Below, in pieces: positions 7,901-10,642 of a DNA stretch of 10,642 nucleotides. A program made the position numbers and the translations under genes. The DNA is from an uncultured archaeon. GTDB taxonomy: Archaea; Iainarchaeota; Iainarchaeia; Iainarchaeales; CSSED10-239. The stretch's first letter is position 1. Every line of letters starts with the position of its first letter. The stretch covers positions 1-10,642 of the forward strand of contig CAZPGO010000041.1 of the NCBI GenBank assembly GCA_964586355.1, given 5' to 3'. Under the pieces are notes generated by a model. It ran no database searches, was not told the origin of the DNA, and worked only from the letters and a program-made list of their open reading frames with translations.

Positions 7901-8175
7901 TTAGATATAACTTTGTATTAAGAAATTCAAACAATCAACCAATTCATCAAACGGTTGGGGTATATAATCCATCAAAGTTAGCTAATGTTATTTCAGAATA
8001 TGATTACAAAAAAATAGATTTGGATTATATCGATTTAGTTGTGCCGTTATCCACGAGTATAAACACAGGTGGGAATTTACCATATACTTTTTGGATAGAG
8101 AACAACAATAATCAAAATGATTATACTGAGCAAAGTGGTGTAATTCAATGTTCTGTTATTCCGGGTTGTCCATGA
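4846..8175 (+). CDS. Giant (about 1100 aa) multidomain surface protein with an archaeal class III (type IV pilin-like) signal peptide
   Basis: Long ORF with stop TGA 8173-8175. The start is either TTG 4846 (favoured by SD spacing) or ATG 4855 (MNKKGQ...). N-terminus KKG|QIAIEILVVLSILVIGGIFVGVYYI. Then one CHB_HEX_C-like module, PPTP and SPPP linkers (5701-5715, 7456-7467) and multiple beta-sandwich domains, several of them PKD-like. 20 Cys residues, all in close pairs. Confidence 0.88.
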   Translation: MINMNKKGQIAIEILVVLSILVIGGIFVGVYYIQGIGQNQQKGATTNSTLDSLVDNFTDPFDIPDNTDVPLNKVAAPVAIPSEGFYPYGTLITLISHTDDAIIRYKLNSADVNESSPIFPNNFYLTEDVQISAVAYKTGMEPSSKVKFTYTVNTVIAAFFTDIQVDETALPTGVVAGAPFTLKVVAEATVPSVRLSEVRISQNDVPTSACKFLGVGAVGKDITCTNGSCTDLGYLTNPEVAGTSYYNNFKFSCSEPGSYSFIFTGVLKTEDKEYSHMTSSQSIVIAPPTPNTIVAEIISPQDGLYYKDKPLILSSNIIGAEKEDVFCNWYATSKESQASLFLSDNCDALYDLSNSADFEVDKTYEINLFVSSRYEDISVAANPKVITIVDFENSDYLFFKPGSGQEMNQTFEMYFYTSRIADFEQGGYFDVHDSDNHCNFELTRAAPEQHEFVDPVTSEITYYYSYTFNSICNAPGTKTITVEFFQPDLPEGKGEVLPVSSVTTTYLIYDVVPFVDVEFGIYFNTGPALPSMTEVFDEALIVKGKESYSDEFYFAAPYPPNPTAFVDIYQGQEFYIYPSIISNPPQYLDGQGICTVKFTPMASNPEGKLQIYQQPCNQYKGYQITKLIGEYNAQLSVTGPNGMSFSKSKLVRFNTNPIYFINDNVYPIYYKDNSFQIELAISNLNNLSLTVTNDIYKTTDTSTAVSYISAITGTLRFSGVFDPMEGYVLINSSTFACNSSNSICTNNYQFSESGNYRVKITATTPYGNQVIKWVNFKIVEEPDGAEISYVISKTPTNVGLTGLLYRTVGANTYYKIGDFCVWNIAGQIIRGSCNITHNFSTFGPKNVSVIVSEQSGTPIAQDATAIINIVSPPPINSKIIADNPNLSLVVGESREFFAGFEYPIGGGEIKFIQATSCADYWYVEGVPFYNYGSCHFDHEFNVPGIFEISAMINNPDGTQTEVLTYVTVSESQILDPVSYGAQCTLYYDPGNPGNPSDACKIYQIDFQGGARLNTHATHFRYNFVLRNSNNQPIHQTVGVYNPSKLANVISEYDYKKIDLDYIDLVVPLSTSINTGGNLPYTFWIENNNNQNDYTEQSGVIQCSVIPGCP
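5089..5301 (+). other. CHB_HEX_C / Fn3-associated-like module in the pilin-like protein, homologous to the three in the protease
   Basis: SEGFYPYGTLITLISHTDDAIIRYKLNSADVNESSPIFPNNFYLTEDVQISAVAYKTGMEPSSKVKFTYTV aligns position for position with the protease modules (ITL.S....IIRY.L......S..) and ends Y.V. Confidence 0.6.
5728..7749 (+). repeat. Series of degenerate Ig/PKD-like beta-sandwich domains, one Cys pair per domain
   Basis: The clearest PKD-like cores are CVWNIAGQIIRGSCNITHNFSTFGPKNVSVIVSEQSG...INIV (7303-7455), CADYWYVEGVPFYNYGSCHFDHEFNVPGIFEISAMINNPDGTQTEVLTYVTV (ends 7749), NNYQFSESGNYRVKITATTPYGN (about 7080-7150) and FCNWYATSKE...YEINLFVSS (about 5820-5960). Compare the PKD consensus W.FGDG....H.Y...G.Y.V.L.V.D..G. 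Confidence 0.5.
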
Positions 8176-8191
8176 TTGAATTAAGGTAAAA

Positions 8192-8218
8192 AGATAAGAT
8201 ATCCTCTTATCTCTTTTT
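8192..8218 (+). terminator. Hairpin plus T5 tract 17 nt after the giant gene's stop codon
   Basis: AGATAAGA (8192-8199) and TCTTATCT (8205-8212) form a perfect 8-bp stem with a 5-nt loop (TATCC), followed by C and TTTTT (8214-8218). Confidence 0.55.
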
Positions 8219-8305
8219 AAACCTTTCGCCACCATAATTATTCTTACATGTATTAGTTATATAATATATGAGTAACAAGTAAATTACCGTTACTGTAGAC
8301 TGTAT

Positions 8306-8355
8306 GTTAACAAACTTTTTAAAAAAGATCTAAACTTTTTTTTAAAAAAAGTTAA
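8306..8355. repeat. Two adjacent A/T palindromes of the form AAAC-T(n)-A(n)-G, flanked by GTTAA(C/T)
   Basis: First palindrome: CTTTTT a AAAAAG (8315-8327). Second: AACTTTTTTT t AAAAAAAGTT (8333-8353, 10-bp arms). AAACTTTTT is directly repeated at 8312 and 8332. GTTAAC lies at 8306-8311 and GTTAA at 8351-8355. The T8 run (8336-8343) could also act as a termination signal. Confidence 0.6.
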
Positions 8356-8362
8356 TATATAA

Positions 8363-8400
8363 ATGCAGAGATTCTAAAAAATCTTTTTCTGCATGTTTTT
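8363..8400 (+). terminator. Second hairpin followed by a T5 tract
   Basis: ATGCAGA (8363-8369) pairs with TCTGCAT (8388-8394). An inner GATT/AATC pairing (8370-8373 / 8380-8383) is possible. Followed by G and TTTTT (8396-8400). Confidence 0.4.
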
Positions 8401-8422
8401 AAAAAAATTAAATTAAAATATA

Positions 8423-8430
8423 TTTATATA
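8423..8430 (+). promoter_or_regulatory. Candidate TATA box (TTTATATA) for the ribosomal protein operon
   Basis: Best TATA consensus match in the A/T-rich stretch 8401-8475. It would place the TSS near 8453, about 23 nt before ATG 8476. Several alternative A/T octamers nearby are equally possible. Confidence 0.3.
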
Positions 8431-8475
8431 TATCATAAATTAAAAAATAACACACAAAAATAAAAAAAGATTATT

Positions 8476-9468
8476 ATGGGTAAAACAAATAAACCAAGAG
8501 CAGGATCAATGAGCTTTTATCCTAGAGTAAGAGCAAAATCCATTATTCCAAAGTTTAATTCTTTTGTAAGTCCACAAAAAGTAGGAATAACTGGAGTAAA
8601 GCCAATGTGTTTCTATGTCTTTAAAGCAGGAACCACACACGTTATTGCAAAAAATGCAAAAAAAGGCGCATCTTCTTATGGTCAAGAAAACTCTATTTCT
8701 GTTAGTGTGTTAGAAGCACCAGATATGAAAGTTATTGGAGCTAGATTTTATAAAGAAAATTTTCCTACAAAAGGTAAAACTGCTATCTTTGAATTTAGTA
8801 ATCAAGATAGTTTAGTTAAAAAAAGAATTTCTGGAAAAAAACAAAAAAAAATAACTCCTTTAGAAGAAGCTTTAAAAAGAAAAGATGAAGCAGACTCTTT
8901 AGTTTTATTAGCAACAGTTAATCCAGACAAAACAACAGTTGGTCAAAAAAAGCCAGTTATTGTTGAAGTTCCTTTATCTGGAACTTATGAAGAACAGATC
9001 AACTATTTAAAAGAAAAATTAAACAAAACTATTTCAGTTTCAGAAGTATTTGATATTGAAACAGTTTTAGATGTTAAAGGAGTAACCATTGGTCATGGAA
9101 CACAAGGACCAGTAAAAAGATTTGGCATAAAGATTCAAAGACCAAAGGCTCAAAAAATACAAAGACATGTAGGATCTATCAACCCATGGCATCCTGCAAC
9201 AGTAATGTATACTATTCCTAGAGCAGGTCAATATGGTTTCCATAATAGAACAACATTTAATAAAAAATTGTTAATGATTGACGAGGATACCTCAAAAATA
9301 AATCCAAAAAAAGGATTTATAAACTATGGTTTAGTAAAAAACAAATATCTGTTAGTTGCAGGATCTGTACCTGGTCCAACAAAAAGAATATTAGCTCTAA
9401 GACACACAATTAGAGAAAAACCAAAAACAAAATTAGAAGTAACCGATATAAATTACATCTCAAAATAA
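8476..9468 (+). CDS. rpl3: 50S ribosomal protein L3 (archaeal uL3)
   Basis: N-terminus MGKTNKPRAGSMSFYPRVRAKS matches the archaeal L3 start (MGK..RPRRGSL.F.PRKRA). Internal FKAGTTHV, GVTIGHGTQGPVKRFG and PWHPATV...RAGQYGFHNRT motifs are present. 330 aa is a typical length, and the gene sits first in the L3-L4-L23-L2 order. Confidence 0.95.
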   Translation: MGKTNKPRAGSMSFYPRVRAKSIIPKFNSFVSPQKVGITGVKPMCFYVFKAGTTHVIAKNAKKGASSYGQENSISVSVLEAPDMKVIGARFYKENFPTKGKTAIFEFSNQDSLVKKRISGKKQKKITPLEEALKRKDEADSLVLLATVNPDKTTVGQKKPVIVEVPLSGTYEEQINYLKEKLNKTISVSEVFDIETVLDVKGVTIGHGTQGPVKRFGIKIQRPKAQKIQRHVGSINPWHPATVMYTIPRAGQYGFHNRTTFNKKLLMIDEDTSKINPKKGFINYGLVKNKYLLVAGSVPGPTKRILALRHTIREKPKTKLEVTDINYISK

Positions 9469-9498
9469 TGTTATTTTAAAAATAAAAACTGATCTACA

Positions 9499-10308
9499 AT
9501 GAAAGCAAATGTTTATGATTTAGACGGAAAAGTAGTAAAAGAAATAGAACTACCTGTAGAAGTATTTAATGAAGAATATAGACCAGACTTGATAAAGAAA
9601 GCAGTAATTTCACAACAATCAAATTCTTATCAAAAGAAAGGTAATTCTCCATATTCTAATAGAGACAATACAGCAATCTATATTGGTATTAGAAAAGCAA
9701 ACCATGCAAATATTACTATTAATTCAGGACACGCAAGACTTCCAAGACTAAAAAATAGAAGAGTTTTAATGGCTGGAAGAGTTATGGGTGTTTCTCAAGC
9801 TGTTGGTGGACCAAGGGCTCACCCTCCAAAAACCACTAAAAATCTTATTAAAAAAATAAACTCAAAAGAAAGAACAAAGGCAATTCTTTCTGCAATATCT
9901 GCAACCACTAATCCAAAATTAGTAAGTGGTCGTGGACATATTATTAATGAAAATATGACTTTGCCAGTTATTTTTGATAATAGCCTAGAAGCAATGACAA
10001 AAACTAAAGAAGTATTAACAACTTTAGAAAAAATAGGCTTAGATAAAGATATCTTAAAAGCAAAAGAAAAAAAATCAGTAAGAGCTGGTAAAGGAAAATA
10101 TAGAGGAAGAAGATACAAGAAAAGAAAAAGTCTTTTAGTAATCCTTTCAGATGGAAAAAACAAAAAAGCTTTTACTAACCTAGAAGGTGTTGATGTAATT
10201 TCAGCAAAAAGACTTTCTATTAAAGATCTTGCACCAGGAACACATGCTGGAAGATTAACAATATTTAGTGAAGGGGCAATCTCAGAACTTAAAAAAAGAT
10301 TTGAATAA
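9499..10308 (+). CDS. rpl4: 50S ribosomal protein L4 (archaeal uL4)
   Basis: MKANVYDLDGKVVKEIELPVEVFNEEYRPDLIKKAVISQQSN matches the archaeal L4 N-terminal pattern (V.dl.G......eLP..F....R.DLI.rAV). Also GGPRAHPPK and a basic KGKYRGRRYKKRKS loop. Synteny between L3 and L23. Confidence 0.93.
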   Translation: MKANVYDLDGKVVKEIELPVEVFNEEYRPDLIKKAVISQQSNSYQKKGNSPYSNRDNTAIYIGIRKANHANITINSGHARLPRLKNRRVLMAGRVMGVSQAVGGPRAHPPKTTKNLIKKINSKERTKAILSAISATTNPKLVSGRGHIINENMTLPVIFDNSLEAMTKTKEVLTTLEKIGLDKDILKAKEKKSVRAGKGKYRGRRYKKRKSLLVILSDGKNKKAFTNLEGVDVISAKRLSIKDLAPGTHAGRLTIFSEGAISELKKRFE

Positions 10309-10321
10309 ATGTGAATTGATT

Positions 10322-10594
10322 ATGACTAATACTTTAGAATATTACCAGGTAATTGAATACCCTGTAATTACTGAAAAAACAGTAAATCTTATCTCAGCAG
10401 ATAACAAGATAACATTTGTTGTTAACAAAGTAGCAAAAAAAAGCGAAATAAAATCAGCTGTTGAGAAGCTATATAATGTTAAAGTAGAATCTGTTAACAT
10501 ATTATTTGATAGAAAAAACAGAAAAAAAGCATTCGTTAAACTAAAAAAAGGTTTTAATGCTCAAGATCTAGCAAACAAACTAGGAATATTATAA
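10322..10594 (+). CDS. rpl23: 50S ribosomal protein L23 (archaeal uL23)
   Basis: Contains I.YPVITEK. .NLI...NK.TF.V...A.K.EIK.AVE.LY.VKV..VN, the L23 signature. I place the start at ATG 10322, giving 90 aa (a typical length) with a GTGA motif 7 nt upstream. The ORF-track GTG 10268 would overlap the L4 3' end by 41 nt. Confidence 0.9.
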   Translation: MTNTLEYYQVIEYPVITEKTVNLISADNKITFVVNKVAKKSEIKSAVEKLYNVKVESVNILFDRKNRKKAFVKLKKGFNAQDLANKLGIL

Positions 10595-10607
10595 AATGTG
10601 ATATTTT

Positions 10608-10642
10608 ATGGGTAGACGTTTAAAAATACAGAGACGTGGAAA
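10608..10642 (+). CDS. rpl2: 50S ribosomal protein L2 (archaeal uL2), N-terminal 11 codons only, truncated by the window end
   Basis: ATG 10608 followed by MGRRLKIQRRG(K), compared with the archaeal L2 N-terminus MG(K/R)R(I/L)..Q.RGRG. Correct synteny after L23, with GTGAT 6 nt upstream. Confidence 0.8.
   Translation, partial: MGRRLKIQRRG

Noticed and set aside
7756-8475. Possible diversity-generating retroelement target (C-terminal domain with an Asn-rich run ENNNNQNDY, of the kind reported for DPANN surface proteins)
   Set aside because: I could find no template-repeat copy of the C-terminal coding sequence in the downstream spacer or elsewhere in the window, and there is no reverse transcriptase gene. 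The Asn run is explicable by AT-rich composition. A TR/RT pair outside the window cannot be excluded.
8176-8475. Small ORFs in the long spacer (ATG at 8248, 8268, 8304, 8364, 8393)
   Set aside because: Each runs into a stop within 2-9 codons, and none has an upstream SD-like motif.
8835-8851. A7-C-A9 homopolymer stretch inside rpl3 (and A9 near 1825-1833) as a potential slippage / programmed frameshift site
   Set aside because: The reading frame is continuous across both tracts and the encoded Lys-rich peptides fit their contexts (a basic loop of L3; the basic tail after a TM). This is a composition effect.
9819-10163. 114-aa minus-strand ORF inside rpl4
   Set aside because: Antisense to a conserved ribosomal protein gene. 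The F/L/I-rich translation is what the reverse complement of a Lys/Glu/Asn-rich gene produces.
10268-10321. GTG 10268 as the rpl23 start (108 aa, overlapping rpl4 by 41 nt)
   Set aside because: The extra MKGQSQNLKKDLNKCELI extension is not L23-like. ATG 10322 gives a typical protein of about 90 aa and has the GTGA motif at the same spacing as the neighbouring genes.
1-10642. Scan for tRNA/rRNA genes, CRISPR repeats, transposase/integrase genes, terminal inverted repeats or long direct DNA repeats
   Set aside because: I saw no G+C-rich cloverleaf-like segments, no regularly spaced 25-40 nt direct repeats and no recombinase-like ORFs. The only DNA-level repetition is short (16 nt) and comes from diverged protein-module duplication. 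This was a visual scan, not a computed one.

Overview
AT-rich (by eye about 30% G+C, not computed) archaeal-type fragment with every gene on the plus strand. The right-hand 2.2 kb (8476-10642) is the start of the conserved archaeal ribosomal protein operon in the canonical order L3-L4-L23-L2, with L2 cut by the window end. The left-hand 8.2 kb (1-8175) holds three very large, Asn/Thr/Ser-rich, co-directional genes. All three look extracytoplasmic but use different targeting topologies. (i) A 5'-truncated tandem-repeat protein has a C-terminal TM anchor and basic tail. (ii) A 944-aa Sec-signal protein has an M6 (immune inhibitor A-like) HExxH metalloprotease domain followed by three chitobiase-C-terminal-like beta-sandwich modules. 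(iii) A 1109-aa multidomain protein has an N-terminus that matches an archaeal class III (type IV pilin-like) signal peptide (KKG|QIAIE plus a hydrophobic helix). The protease and the giant pilin-like protein share the same beta-sandwich module. I read genes i-iii as a candidate cell-surface attachment / host-interaction module of an AT-rich, possibly DPANN-like archaeon; both the taxonomy and the function are inference. A 300-bp spacer rich in hairpins and A/T palindromes separates this cluster from the ribosomal operon. I recognised no tRNA, rRNA, CRISPR array, transposase or integrase. All domain names come from motif recollection, not from searches.
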